36,761 nucleotides of DNA from a virus. Taxonomy: Duplodnaviria; Caudoviricetes. Positions 17,683 through 26,659 of this stretch are shown one piece after another. The notes under the pieces are model-generated. The model had not been told where the DNA came from and did no database searches. It saw only the letters and a list, made by a program, of their open reading frames with translations. Position 1 is the first letter of the stretch, and the number at the start of each line of letters is the position of its first letter. The position numbers were made by a program, and so were the translations under genes. The DNA lies in the IMG/VR virus record IMGVR_UViG_3300010366_000009, positions 1 through 36,761 of that record; one strand, 5' to 3'.

Positions 17683-18735
17683 CTAGATCGCTGTCCCGTC
17701 GGGCATGCGGACCCCGTCGCCTGATCCCCAGACGACCGCGCCTTTCGACGCGCGCGTACAACACGCCAGGAATCCCAACGCGTCATGCTGGTCTTCGTCG
17801 GGATAATCGCCAACAAACGACAGAATCGCGGAGAACTCGCACGCGCGGATCTTGTGTCGGTTGCCCTGTTCGCCGAATTGTTTCAGCGTGTCGACTAAGC
17901 GAGATTGAAACTCGCCGATGTCCCATCGCGATCCGTCGGGCGGAATCGGTTCGTTGAATGTCACTGGGACCGCTTGATAGTCGATCCCGTCGACGTCGCC
18001 GCCCAGGTCATCCCAGAACCCATAGCGCCCGCGGGGATCGCCATCAGCAAACCAGGACGTCACTTCGGTCGAAAAATGCGCCCAACACGACGCGCCCGCG
18101 CCGTGCGCCTGTTGTCCCACCCACTTGAAAAAATCGATCGTCGGCCGACCTGGAACGTTGCCCAAGTTCCATTCGCCGCCCGGGGTGAATTCGTCGACGG
18201 CGTTGGCGCGACAGAGTTTCCCGACGATCGATTCGAATCGCCGTTTCAGATCGTCGGCGGACAGATCGTGCGGGTCGGCGTCTTTCGCCCACAGCCAGAC
18301 TTTGACGTACGGGACGCCCAGGGATTTCAAGTACAGGCAGTCGTCCACGAATTGTTCTTCACTGTTCCCGCCGTCGACACGGGCGTTCCCCCACCAGCGC
18401 AGCCAGTGGGTATAGCCGCGCGCGGCATTTTCAGCGACCATCCGCGGCCACCACTCCCGCCGGTCGTACTTGTAATCGAGTCCTTGGACCAACCGTTCGG
18501 GATGCTCCAACGATCCGCCCGACCACGGGACATTCCCGGGCACGAACGGCAACCCGGGCACAACGACCGACCAGAACGATCCCCGTAAGAAATCGCGCGC
18601 CAGCGACGGCGACGCGGGGAGCGTTTGATCGTAGCTGGTCGGCGTCGGACACGTATAGCAGGTCGGAAAGACCAGCGGCGCGCGCGTGACGGCGTCGCCA
18701 TACACGCGATGATGCGCGAACGTGATCGGGGTCAT
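17683..18735 (-). CDS. Putative TIM-barrel glycoside hydrolase (clan GH-A-like); candidate endolysin catalytic subunit
   Basis: Alternating beta/alpha pattern: RGYTHW, VKVWL, GGEWN (possible acid/base Glu), WAHF, DGIDYQ, ACEF (possible nucleophile); Trp-rich; ATGA overlap. Confidence 0.5.
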   Translation of the reverse strand: MTPITFAHHRVYGDAVTRAPLVFPTCYTCPTPTSYDQTLPASPSLARDFLRGSFWSVVVPGLPFVPGNVPWSGGSLEHPERLVQGLDYKYDRREWWPRMVAENAARGYTHWLRWWGNARVDGGNSEEQFVDDCLYLKSLGVPYVKVWLWAKDADPHDLSADDLKRRFESIVGKLCRANAVDEFTPGGEWNLGNVPGRPTIDFFKWVGQQAHGAGASCWAHFSTEVTSWFADGDPRGRYGFWDDLGGDVDGIDYQAVPVTFNEPIPPDGSRWDIGEFQSRLVDTLKQFGEQGNRHKIRACEFSAILSFVGDYPDEDQHDALGFLACCTRASKGAVVWGSGDGVRMPDGTAI

Positions 18736-19142
18736 GAAATCACATCCATGACAAACGCGCACGACACAAACTTCCCGACGCTCGGATCGCTGTACTCCAC
18801 TTGCCCCGTCAACGCGCCGAATTGATTCCCGTCATAGATCGACGGCGATTCGTACCCCGCGCGTCCCTCCGCGGCGGGTTTCAGGTAGAACTGTGCGCCG
18901 ATGTCGCCCGAAAATTGCGTCGCATCGATGCCGAACAGATCCCCGGTTTGCACGTGAACCAGTTGAAAGTACGCGTCGGGTTTCGTCAGTTGAAACTGAT
19001 ATCGCGCGTCGTTCCGGTCGGCGCCGTCCCAAATCAGACCGCGCCATCCCCGATTGAGACTCCCGAACGGGCCTGTGTTGGGTTCGTCGGCGCGGGCATA
19101 TTTGCCGGCCGGTCCCTTAATCGCCACCAGTTTGCTATCCAT
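18732..19142 (-). CDS. Small all-beta protein, possibly fascin/beta-trefoil-like (136 aa)
   Basis: VAIKGPAGKYARAD, FQLTK, FQLVHVQTGDLFGID; strong SD GGAAGGAAGGGAAG. Confidence 0.5.
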   Translation of the reverse strand: MDSKLVAIKGPAGKYARADEPNTGPFGSLNRGWRGLIWDGADRNDARYQFQLTKPDAYFQLVHVQTGDLFGIDATQFSGDIGAQFYLKPAAEGRAGYESPSIYDGNQFGALTGQVEYSDPSVGKFVSCAFVMDVIS

Positions 19143-19186
19143 ACGCTTCCCTTCCTTCCGTCGATACGGACCGCGTCGTGCCGCGG

Positions 19187-19327
19187 TCACGGGAGCAACC
19201 ACGCCAGGACGACCAGCGCGAACGCCGCGCGCGTCAGCTTGTCGGGCACATTACCGGACAGATACGCGGCGACGCCGAACAGGACGAACGCCAGCACGAT
19301 CACGAGTAGTCGCAGGGTCGGAGTCAT
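19187..19327 (-). CDS. 46-aa two-TM membrane protein (holin-like)
   Basis: MTPTLRLLVIVLAFVLFGVAAYLSGNVPDKLTRAAFALVVLAWLLP; AAAGGGGGG SD. Confidence 0.6.
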   Translation of the reverse strand: MTPTLRLLVIVLAFVLFGVAAYLSGNVPDKLTRAAFALVVLAWLLP

Positions 19328-19541
19328 GCGCCCCCCTTTGCTGCCCCAGAAGTTCGTCGACCACGGGCACGATCCAAAAGTCCCGCCAGTAGTGCGCCGC
19401 GGCGATGCGATCCCGTTCAGCCGGCGTCCAGGTCCGCGGTCCGCCGTGTCGGCCGGTGACGATCCAGACCCACCCTTGTCCGGGTCCGGCCTGGACGAAC
19501 GCACGGATCGCGCGCAACCGGCGGACGTCGTCGCGTGTCAT
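19251..19541 (-). CDS. Hypothetical protein
   Basis: ATGA-coupled start; 3' end overlaps the next gene by 77 nt. Confidence 0.4.
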   Translation of the reverse strand: MTRDDVRRLRAIRAFVQAGPGQGWVWIVTGRHGGPRTWTPAERDRIAAAHYWRDFWIVPVVDELLGQQRGAHDSDPATTRDRAGVRPVRRRRVSVR

Positions 19542-19654
19542 ACGTCATCCCGGAATACCCAGTCGGCGACGACTAGGGCACCGAGCACCACGACGCCGAC
19601 GACGACGCCCGCGCCAACAACGACGGTCCGCGCGAGTCGAGTAATCGCACACAT
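19538..19654 (-). CDS. 38-aa single-TM micro-protein
   Basis: Manual translation MCAITRLARTVVVGAGVVVGVVVLGALVVADWVFRDDV*; fills the gap exactly and ends in an ATGA overlap. Confidence 0.5.
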   Translation of the reverse strand: MCAITRLARTVVVGAGVVVGVVVLGALVVADWVFRDDV

Positions 19655-19658
19655 GGGG

Positions 19659-20042
19659 TTAGTCGCCGCTGTCGACCGCCGCGCGTCGTTCGGCGCCGAA
19701 TTCGCCGGCATCGATCGACGCGCCGTCGTCGGCGGGGGTGTCGTCGTCGTCGTCAGCTTTTTTCACTTTGACTTTCACGTCGTCTTCCCCGGGGATCACG
19801 GTGATTTCGATCCCGTCGTGGCGGTAGACGACTTTGTCGTACTTTTTCATCAGCGACAGCGCATGGATTTTCAACGCGTGTTCCCGCGCCGTCAGTTCGA
19901 TCCGGGTGTCGCGAATGTTGGCGTACTCTTCGGCGACGTCGTCCAACGCTTTGATCGTCCGCCCTTCCAACCCGGGCAACGTCCGCGTGTGCGCCCGCTT
20001 CGGGATCGTCACCGTCGCTGTCCGCTTGCGTTTCTTCGCCAT
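19659..20042 (-). CDS. Hypothetical protein (basic N-terminus, coiled coil, acidic tail)
   Basis: AGGGGGA SD; YANIRDTRIELTARE...VKVKVKK. Confidence 0.7.
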   Translation of the reverse strand: MAKKRKRTATVTIPKRAHTRTLPGLEGRTIKALDDVAEEYANIRDTRIELTAREHALKIHALSLMKKYDKVVYRHDGIEITVIPGEDDVKVKVKKADDDDDTPADDGASIDAGEFGAERRAAVDSGD

Positions 20043-20182
20043 GCCCGTCCCCCTGTTCGTGTAAATAGCGTTCGACGTAGTCGTCGACGATCGACTGTTC
20101 GATCAGGTCGATCGCCAACTGCCGCACGTCGTCGAACGTGCGCGCCCGGGTCGGAAACCGTGCGATCTTCGCCATGCCCGTC

Positions 20183-20668
20183 TCACGCGACCGTGTCGAT
20201 CCAATTCGGTTGATCGGGCGCCGCGTCGGCCGCCGCTTCGACGGCAATCCAGGCGCCCGGACGGGTCACGGCGTACCGCTTGCGCGTATGCAGGTCGACG
20301 ACCTGGGCGTCGTCGGCATACAGCACGCCCGTCAGGGCGTCCAGGACGGCGCGCGCCAGCTTGTCGACGTCGGGGCGCGTCGTGGGCGCCCGCCGCCGGA
20401 CCGATGCCGGCCGCGGCAACGCGAACGTGATCGCCAGAGCGACCGGTCCGACAAACGCCCCGCCGCCGGCCGCCACGACCGCCTGGGCGCGTCGCGCGAC
20501 CCGCGCTTCCCAGTCCTTCGACCGCGGGTTGTCCGTGGTGACGACCGCCCGCGGCGCGCGCCCCTGTCGGACGGCGGCGCGCGCCCAGGCGAGCGGGACG
20601 AACGCGCGCGCCGACCCTTTAGGTTGCGCCGTCCCATTCACGACGAATGCCACGCGCCGCGGCGTCAT
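20183..20668 (-). CDS. rusA: RusA-family Holliday junction resolvase
   Basis: GTAQPKGS, RPDVDKLARAVLDAL, YADDAQVV catalytic Asp motifs. Confidence 0.92.
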   Translation of the reverse strand: MTPRRVAFVVNGTAQPKGSARAFVPLAWARAAVRQGRAPRAVVTTDNPRSKDWEARVARRAQAVVAAGGGAFVGPVALAITFALPRPASVRRRAPTTRPDVDKLARAVLDALTGVLYADDAQVVDLHTRKRYAVTRPGAWIAVEAAADAAPDQPNWIDTVA

Positions 20669-21402
20669 GCCGCCCCTTTCCGCCGCGTCGCCCGGTCGAC
20701 CGCCTGGATCGCCGCGTCCAGGCGGGCGCCGTCGGGATACGCGAACCCTTGCCGCGCGCAGCGCCGTTTGACCCCTTCGATCGCGTTCGCCAGGGACGAC
20801 GGGTCGGCGGCGAATTCAGCCCGGAGCATCGCGCACACGATCCGATGCGTCGGCGTTTTGGGCGGTATGGAAATCCCGCGAACGGAGTGAGCGGTTAGTA
20901 CACGGACGGTACTCGAACCCGTACCTGTCGATCGTGGCTTTGTACCTGTACTAGTGGTTGTGGTTGTGGTTGTGGATCGCGCGCGCGCGCGCGAGTCTCG
21001 GACGCGGTCCCGGGGAGACATCCCGCGAGACTTCCCGGTAAATCGACCGTTGGGTTTTTTTCGCTGTCGCCGTTTCTTCTCCCTCCACTTGCGCCGTTCG
21101 TGCTTGATTTCCGCGCGAGATTTGTTCCAATCAAAATAGTCGTGAAAGCGATAACCGCCGGTCGTTTTATGCCATAACCGCACGTCCGTCAGGGCGGCGG
21201 CCACCTGGGTCGGATTCCGAACCAAGGGTGTGCCCGTCACGAAACTACTGGGAACAAAGCCATTTGTCAGGTACGTTCGCGTGTAGGTCAACGCGTCGAC
21301 AAACAACGCCAGAGCCCGCCCGGGTCCGTCGCTGTCCCCCAGGAGTTCCCCCGCTTTCAGGATCTTCGGATGGCGCGATAATTTGTCGTCCAGATAAAGC
21401 AC
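20665..21402 (-). CDS. Putative phage replication initiator protein
   Basis: LDDKLSRHPKI, TNGFVP, FHDYFDWN, basic helix, then Thr/Ser-rich linker with DNA repeats; lies between exonuclease and RusA. Confidence 0.7.
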   Translation of the reverse strand: MLYLDDKLSRHPKILKAGELLGDSDGPGRALALFVDALTYTRTYLTNGFVPSSFVTGTPLVRNPTQVAAALTDVRLWHKTTGGYRFHDYFDWNKSRAEIKHERRKWREKKRRQRKKPNGRFTGKSRGMSPRDRVRDSRARARSTTTTTTTSTGTKPRSTGTGSSTVRVLTAHSVRGISIPPKTPTHRIVCAMLRAEFAADPSSLANAIEGVKRRCARQGFAYPDGARLDAAIQAVDRATRRKGAA

Positions 21403-21406
21403 AGGG

Positions 21407-22405
21407 TCACCCGATTTTTTGAATGTCCAACGTAAACCGGCCGTGCGGGTCGGTCGTCGTGTACTGCCGTTTCAGATCGGGCGGCAGATCGACGCGCGAC
21501 TGGTTGCCCCAGCGTCCGGCAATCGCAAACTTGCCGACGACCGCCGCGGTCACGCCGCGCAATCGCGCTTTGACGTCGGCGTCCAGGTCCGCGTATTCCT
21601 TCCCGATCGCTTTGATCGCGTCGCGCCGTTCTAACGCCGCTTCCAGATCGGGATCCGTGAGAACAGCAGCGCCGGCGTACTCGAGCGGGGGATTACAGAC
21701 GGCGCCGTACCACGGGCAGCGCCGGCATTCCGTCGGGTCGTCGGCGAGAAACGGCGGCAACGTGCCGGCGTCGACGGCGTCCAACACGCGTTCCGCTTTC
21801 GTCAGGAAGGTTTCGACGCGATCTAGGTTCGGTTCCAGTTCGACGGGCAGTAACTTCGGGAGTCCCGATCGATCCAGCAGTAAGAACCCGAAGGGTTCGC
21901 CCGCGCCGAACAGATACGACAGCAATTGGTGGGCGCCCGACTGCGTCCAGGGATTCGCGAACAGGTCGGCGAACGTTTGGATCCGATCGACGATCAGGGG
22001 CGACCATGCTTTAATTTCCAGGGGCGCGCGGACGCCGCCGCCCAGGTCCAGTCGCGCGTCCACCTTGCCGACGATCGCCGGGCGCGATTTGCGGTCGCGC
22101 AGGACGAAGCGTTCTTGCTGGGCGGTCACTTTGAACGGCGGATCGGCATCGCGCCCGATCCGCGTCAGGTCCGCCAGGAGATCCCGTTCTCTGTCCTCGC
22201 CGCGCCGAAACTTCGCTAGCGTGTCGGCCGGGAACGCCGGCAGCGTGTCGGGTTGCGTCAATTCGAACGCCATGCGGCGATCGCACACGCGAAACGCCGA
22301 CGCGTAAATCGATCCGTGCGGCGACGTCGCGCGCGCGCCCCGTTCCAGGAACGCGCGCCACGCGTCGTTGATACTGGCGGCGTAATCGGCGGCGGCGGTC
22401 GTCAT
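21407..22405 (-). CDS. Cas4/AddB-like PD-(D/E)XK exonuclease with probable Fe-S cluster
   Basis: YASAFRVCDRR, GKVDA, LEIKA, HQLLSY, CRRCPWYGAVC (1+3 Cys staple). Confidence 0.85.
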   Translation of the reverse strand: MTTAAADYAASINDAWRAFLERGARATSPHGSIYASAFRVCDRRMAFELTQPDTLPAFPADTLAKFRRGEDRERDLLADLTRIGRDADPPFKVTAQQERFVLRDRKSRPAIVGKVDARLDLGGGVRAPLEIKAWSPLIVDRIQTFADLFANPWTQSGAHQLLSYLFGAGEPFGFLLLDRSGLPKLLPVELEPNLDRVETFLTKAERVLDAVDAGTLPPFLADDPTECRRCPWYGAVCNPPLEYAGAAVLTDPDLEAALERRDAIKAIGKEYADLDADVKARLRGVTAAVVGKFAIAGRWGNQSRVDLPPDLKRQYTTTDPHGRFTLDIQKIG

Positions 22406-22409
22406 GGGT

Positions 22410-22973
22410 TTAGACTGCCGCGTCGTGTGGTTGCTGATTGATCCGTAACAACCGATTACCGTATGACCGTGATTTCTTTTTGAACACGCGGGGAATGCGT
22501 CGCCCACCCGTGGATCTTGACAATGGTCCTTCGCCAGCGATTGCCCGGGCTTCGCGGTATGCCGCCGTGACCGCTTCCTTCGGCGTCGCTTCAGCGGCGC
22601 CCAGGGGCGCCGCTAGTGGACGTGTCCGTTGCGCTTTGTTTGTGGCGCGTCGCACTTCCTTGCCCGCCGCCGTTCTCAGTCGTCGCGCCACTTTTGGGAT
22701 TGGATTTCGCAATTGGAACGAAAACGGTTCAATTGGATCGCCGGCGTCGAATGCGATTACGTATCCCTGAACTGCGTACGGCGTCAGATAGACCAACCGT
22801 CGGTCACCACGGGTAAAACGGATCGTCTGGGTGTCAACTTCGATCCGCGTCGCGTCCCTGACGGTCCGCGCGATCGCCTGGGCAACGACGCATTGATACG
22901 AATTACTTCGTTGCGCCCGTTCGATGTCACGCTCTGTTACCGCGACTTTGATTTGTGTCGTTTCTCTCGCCAT
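22410..22973 (-). CDS. Hypothetical protein with basic C-terminal tail
   Basis: Strong SD AAAAGGGGGA; VTERDIERA..CVVAQAI..FDAGDPIEPFSF; visibly lower GC. Confidence 0.7.
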   Translation of the reverse strand: MARETTQIKVAVTERDIERAQRSNSYQCVVAQAIARTVRDATRIEVDTQTIRFTRGDRRLVYLTPYAVQGYVIAFDAGDPIEPFSFQLRNPIPKVARRLRTAAGKEVRRATNKAQRTRPLAAPLGAAEATPKEAVTAAYREARAIAGEGPLSRSTGGRRIPRVFKKKSRSYGNRLLRINQQPHDAAV

Positions 22974-22989
22974 TTTGAATCCCCCTTTT

Positions 22990-23538
22990 TTAGAGTCGCA
23001 ACGCCGCTTGCCGTCCGGGGCACACGATCCGCGTCAGGCGCGCGTCGCCGTCGTACGCGTCGGTGATCCAGGCGCGCCCGTCCGAACTGCGGAGTAACGC
23101 GCGCGCGTCGTGGAGTTCGCCGATCCTGACGGTGACGAACGCGCAGTCGCCGAAGCGATGGATCGGCCGCGCGCGCAACGCGGGCGCGATCCGCGCCGCC
23201 ATGTGATAGACGTCGATCAGGCGCGCGGCTTGGACGCGGAACCCGTGAAACCAGACGAACAACGCCAGGGGCGCGTACGTCGCGGCGTCGATCATGGCGG
23301 GTTCCGTCTCGCGGAACGTGACGTCGATATCGGGCGCCCAGTCGGGCCGATCGAAGCGGGCGCGGATCGCCAGCTTCGCGTAGTGGTTGATGACCGCGAC
23401 GACGTCGACGCCGCCGACATCTTCCGCGGTCGACGTGAACAGGAAGTCCAGGCCCGGAAACAACCCGCGGCACAACGCGCAGAGTTCGTCGTACACCCAG
23501 GGCGCGTATCGATATCCCCGCATGGCGTGATCGCGCAT
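22990..23538 (-). CDS. Hypothetical protein, possibly restriction-endonuclease-like fold
   Basis: EDVGGVDVV..LAIRAR..DVTFR spacing resembles divergent PD-(D/E)XK nucleases; start uncertain (23538 or 23523). Confidence 0.45.
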   Translation of the reverse strand: MRDHAMRGYRYAPWVYDELCALCRGLFPGLDFLFTSTAEDVGGVDVVAVINHYAKLAIRARFDRPDWAPDIDVTFRETEPAMIDAATYAPLALFVWFHGFRVQAARLIDVYHMAARIAPALRARPIHRFGDCAFVTVRIGELHDARALLRSSDGRAWITDAYDGDARLTRIVCPGRQAALRL

Positions 23539-23551
23539 TTGTTTTGCTCTT

Positions 23552-24013
23552 TTACGTGTTCGCGGTCCAACGATTTCGACGGGACGGCGGTAACGGCATT
23601 TCCCAACCCTGCCGGTAATAGACGCCGTAACAGCGACTACATAAACCGCGCGCCCTATGCCTCCTGCCGCATTCGAAACACTGTTCGGCGACAAGCACGG
23701 TTAACCGCGCGTGCGCCGCATGGGTGAGTAATTCCAGGTTGGCCGGGTCGTTGTCGCCTTTGTCGCCGTTCCGATGATGGACGTCTTCGTCCGGTCGCAG
23801 ACATCGACCGATGCGACGTTCGACGATTAACCGATGCTCCGCGATATAGCCTGTCGGATTCGCGCCAGCATGTTGCGGTTGATACACAAAGCGATAACCG
23901 GCGGCGGTTTTGGTATAACCCCGCTTGTTTGTCGGCGGGACGCCCCGCCGGTTGTGCCCCTTTGACCAATCGCCGGACACGGTTCGTCCGCATCCACACG
24001 CGCACTGATTCAT
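23552..24013 (-). CDS. HNH homing-type endonuclease
   Basis: CACGCG N-terminus, GYIAEHRLIVE, VHHRNGDKGDNDPANLEL, C-terminal CFECG..ARGLCSRCY. Confidence 0.9.
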   Translation of the reverse strand: MNQCACGCGRTVSGDWSKGHNRRGVPPTNKRGYTKTAAGYRFVYQPQHAGANPTGYIAEHRLIVERRIGRCLRPDEDVHHRNGDKGDNDPANLELLTHAAHARLTVLVAEQCFECGRRHRARGLCSRCYGVYYRQGWEMPLPPSRRNRWTANT

Positions 24014-24981
24014 TGGTCGTCCGATCCGGGTTCGCGGTCGGCGGGTTTCTTGCCGAACACTTCGTCGACGGTCGGCGCCGTCGTCTTCGGCGCGCCGTTC
24101 TTCGGCGGCGGCGGCGTCTTCGGCGCGGACTTCGTCGCGTGTTGCTGGACCCAGTCGTCGACCTTGACGGTCCATTTCTGATTCGGATGGTTCTGGTACT
24201 TGGGACAGCCGTAAAACGGCGGGCGTCCGTCTTTCCCGGGCCGATAGACGCCAGGGGCGCCACAGACCGCGCACACGGGCGGATCGATCGCCGGTCCTTT
24301 GTCGCCGAATCCGCCGACGCGTTCGTTCTGGGTGCCGAACCCGCGTCCCTTCCGGCAACGGTCGGTCGTCTTCGGCGTCCCCGCCCAGGCGCGTTCGAGT
24401 TCCTGGAGCGGTACGGACTTCATCCCCGCGAGTTCGCGCGTGATCCCGCCGTCCAGATTCGCGCGCGCCGCTTTGCGGACCGCCATGTCCAGCGCCGCGC
24501 CGGTCTTGCCTTTGCAGAAATCGTCTTTCGACGATCGGCCCCCTTCCATGTGTTCGACGATTTCATGGGTCAACGTACATTCGCCGTCGCCCGTGATCTC
24601 GTACATGAAATCGCCGGGATCGACGCCGACGATTTTTTCGGGGGCGCCGATGTTGTAGATCCGAATCCCCCACAACCCGCGGACGCGGTCGCAGCCGGCG
24701 TCTTCCAGGTAGGCGACGATCTGCCCGCCATCTTCGACGCGGGCGCGAAACAAGACCCAATCTTCGGGATGGGTCGCACGGATCGACGCGTAGCGGAGCG
24801 TATCGAGAATCTGGACGCGCGCCGTGATGATGTCGACCGCGTCCCCTTTCAGGGCGGCGAGTTCGCCCAGGGTTACCGGGACGTCGGGCCGACGTAGCGT
24901 CGACGTATCGGCGTGCGGACTGTCGGCGACGATCGGATCGTCGTCGACGTCATGGTCGCGGTCGCGGGAATCAACTGGCAT
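24010..24981 (-). CDS. Putative ssDNA-annealing protein with C-terminal zinc ribbon
   Basis: Rad52/Sak-like layout (YLEDAGCDRV..GI, EGGRSS, VRKAARAN..ELAG); CAVCG...FYGCPKY; upstream of exonuclease. Confidence 0.55.
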   Translation of the reverse strand: MPVDSRDRDHDVDDDPIVADSPHADTSTLRRPDVPVTLGELAALKGDAVDIITARVQILDTLRYASIRATHPEDWVLFRARVEDGGQIVAYLEDAGCDRVRGLWGIRIYNIGAPEKIVGVDPGDFMYEITGDGECTLTHEIVEHMEGGRSSKDDFCKGKTGAALDMAVRKAARANLDGGITRELAGMKSVPLQELERAWAGTPKTTDRCRKGRGFGTQNERVGGFGDKGPAIDPPVCAVCGAPGVYRPGKDGRPPFYGCPKYQNHPNQKWTVKVDDWVQQHATKSAPKTPPPPKNGAPKTTAPTVDEVFGKKPADREPGSDDQ

Positions 24982-24985
24982 CGGC

Positions 24986-25351
24986 TTACCCCCTTCGTCG
25001 TCGGAGATGTCGCCCGAATGGGCGTGGGGACATGGGTTCGGTCGCGCGGACCGCGGTCCCGAACTGTTCGGCGGTACAGCGATCACACAGGAGTTCGCCG
25101 CTGCCGGCCCGCCGGTAGAACGGCAACCCGCATGACCCACACGCGTCGACGCGGTCGTCGCCTGGACCGTCGACGACGATGCGATCCGGCCAGACCCAAT
25201 CGGGGCCGACGGCGCCAGGGGTCCGTTGCAAGCGGACTTTCCAGTACGACCCCGTCCCGTCGGAACGCTCGCAGCGTAGGAGCACACCGCGGCGTCCGTC
25301 GACGCGAACGCGCAACCCGTGGCGGAATCCTTCCGTAGATCGACACGCCAT
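24986..25351 (-). CDS. Hypothetical protein with C-terminal CxxC...CxxC
   Basis: CGSC...CDRC; packed directly after the cro-like gene. Confidence 0.6.
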   Translation of the reverse strand: MACRSTEGFRHGLRVRVDGRRGVLLRCERSDGTGSYWKVRLQRTPGAVGPDWVWPDRIVVDGPGDDRVDACGSCGLPFYRRAGSGELLCDRCTAEQFGTAVRATEPMSPRPFGRHLRRRRG

Positions 25352-25358
25352 GACGGGG

Positions 25359-25622
25359 TTACCGCGACGACGGCGTCGACTGTTCGTGGTACTTCGGAAA
25401 CCGGACGGGCGGGGCTTCGACGATCGTCAGCAGTTCGTCCGCCGTCAGGTTCAACGCCGCCGCCAGTCGGACGACAATCAGGAATTCAGATCGCCGGATG
25501 ATGCGGCGTTGCCGGGGATCGACGCTTTCCCAGCGGGTAATCAGGGACGGATCACACCCCGCGCGTTTAGCCAGGGTCCGTTTGTCGATCTGGGCAATCT
25601 TGCGGGCCAGTTTAAGCGACAT
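25359..25622 (-). CDS. Cro-like XRE HTH regulator
   Basis: LKLARKIAQIDKRTLAKRAGCDPSLITRWES...LAAALNLTADEL; divergent from the repressor. Confidence 0.8.
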   Translation of the reverse strand: MSLKLARKIAQIDKRTLAKRAGCDPSLITRWESVDPRQRRIIRRSEFLIVVRLAAALNLTADELLTIVEAPPVRFPKYHEQSTPSSR

Positions 25623-25653
25623 GATGCACCTTTGCCCCAACCCTGAAAAGGGG

Positions 25654-25698
25654 ACCATACACCCGTCGCTTGACATGAAACAAGATTTTTCTTACGGT
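25654..25698. promoter_or_regulatory. Divergent overlapping promoters of the genetic switch, with possible operator
   Basis: Plus strand TTGACA(25670)-17nt-TACGGT; minus strand TTGTTT-18nt-TATGGT; palindrome CTTG-N8-CAAG at 25669-25684 overlaps both -35 boxes. Confidence 0.65.
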
Positions 25699-25732
25699 TC
25701 AGACGGGAACCCGCCCACGCAAAGGGGAACTT

Positions 25733-26398
25733 ATGCCACGTCGTACCCGTCGCCCGCCTCTGCATTTGGATGCCACGACGTTAATGCGCGCGGGCGATCG
25801 CGTGACTGCGTATCGGTTGGCACATGGTGTGAAACGCGGTCACCGCACGTATCCGTTATCGCAAGAAATCTTAGCGCGGCGCGCAGGAGTATCGGCCGGA
25901 TGTATACGGGGCTTCGAAACGGGGACGCGTCGGACAACCGTGCCCAAGATGACACGGATCGCCGCCGCCTGCGAACTGACGTTCGACCAGTTGATCGCGC
26001 CGACCGCCGTCCCGATTCCGTCGCCCCCGCCCGACTTCGTCGTCACGGCGGTCGCCGACGTCGAAGCGATGGAACGCTTGACGTTGACCGACGAAGCGTT
26101 CGCGATCGCGCGCCTGTTCAGCGTCGCGCATACGGAAGTCCGGATCCACGTGAAACAACTGTTGCGCGATCACGTGACGCAGCGCACCGATTCGCGCGCG
26201 CGTCGCGTCGTGCAAACCATTCCCGTGACGGTTCTGGGGATCGTCACGCCCCCGTCGGCGATCGCCAGCGTCGCCGATGTCCCGTCCGCCCCTGTCACGC
26301 TGACGTCGTTCTTGTTGCGAGTGCTCCAAGCAACGCCGGAACAGGTCCAGGCCGCGGATGCTGCTATCACCCGGACGTCCGGCCGGGTGACCGCCTAA
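25733..26398 (+). CDS. CI-like XRE repressor
   Basis: LSQEILARRAGVSAGCIRGFETG..KMTRIAAACELTFDQL; SD AAGGGG; no recognisable S24 peptidase domain. Confidence 0.8.
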   Translation: MPRRTRRPPLHLDATTLMRAGDRVTAYRLAHGVKRGHRTYPLSQEILARRAGVSAGCIRGFETGTRRTTVPKMTRIAAACELTFDQLIAPTAVPIPSPPPDFVVTAVADVEAMERLTLTDEAFAIARLFSVAHTEVRIHVKQLLRDHVTQRTDSRARRVVQTIPVTVLGIVTPPSAIASVADVPSAPVTLTSFLLRVLQATPEQVQAADAAITRTSGRVTA

Positions 26399-26446
26399 CC
26401 CCGTTGGTGAATGTGTTGGCATGTGTAAGGGAGACAGGGTGTTGTT

Positions 26447-26659
26447 ATGAACGGCGTCCGTTTTGTCGATGCGATCGAATCGCGGTTACTGGCGTTGGTC
26501 CAGATCCACGCCGAATTGTTGTTGTACGACCCCACCGCGGCGTCGACGTTAGAAGGGTTAGAGCGTCAATGCCTGGACGAAGTCCGCGCCGCACGCTCTG
26601 CCCGGGCCGGCCGGCCCATCCCGTTACGCCTGATCGTGTCCAATCCCGCCCTATCATGA
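26447..26659 (+). CDS. Hypothetical helical protein (70 aa)
   Basis: Follows the repressor; amphipathic helices. Confidence 0.5.
   Translation: MNGVRFVDAIESRLLALVQIHAELLLYDPTAASTLEGLERQCLDEVRAARSARAGRPIPLRLIVSNPALS

Noticed and set aside
19753-20175. ORF MAKIARFPTRARTFDD...
   Set aside because: The first ~45 codons plausibly code, but the frame overlaps the next gene by 290 nt, so its extent cannot be supported
18801-20213. 470-aa plus-strand ORF and many other long antisense ORFs
   Set aside because: Shadow frames of GC-rich DNA opposite well-packed minus-strand genes; Arg/Pro-rich with no motifs
21407-22405. Cas4-like gene as part of a CRISPR-Cas system
   Set aside because: No cas1/cas2 or array; it sits in a phage recombination module
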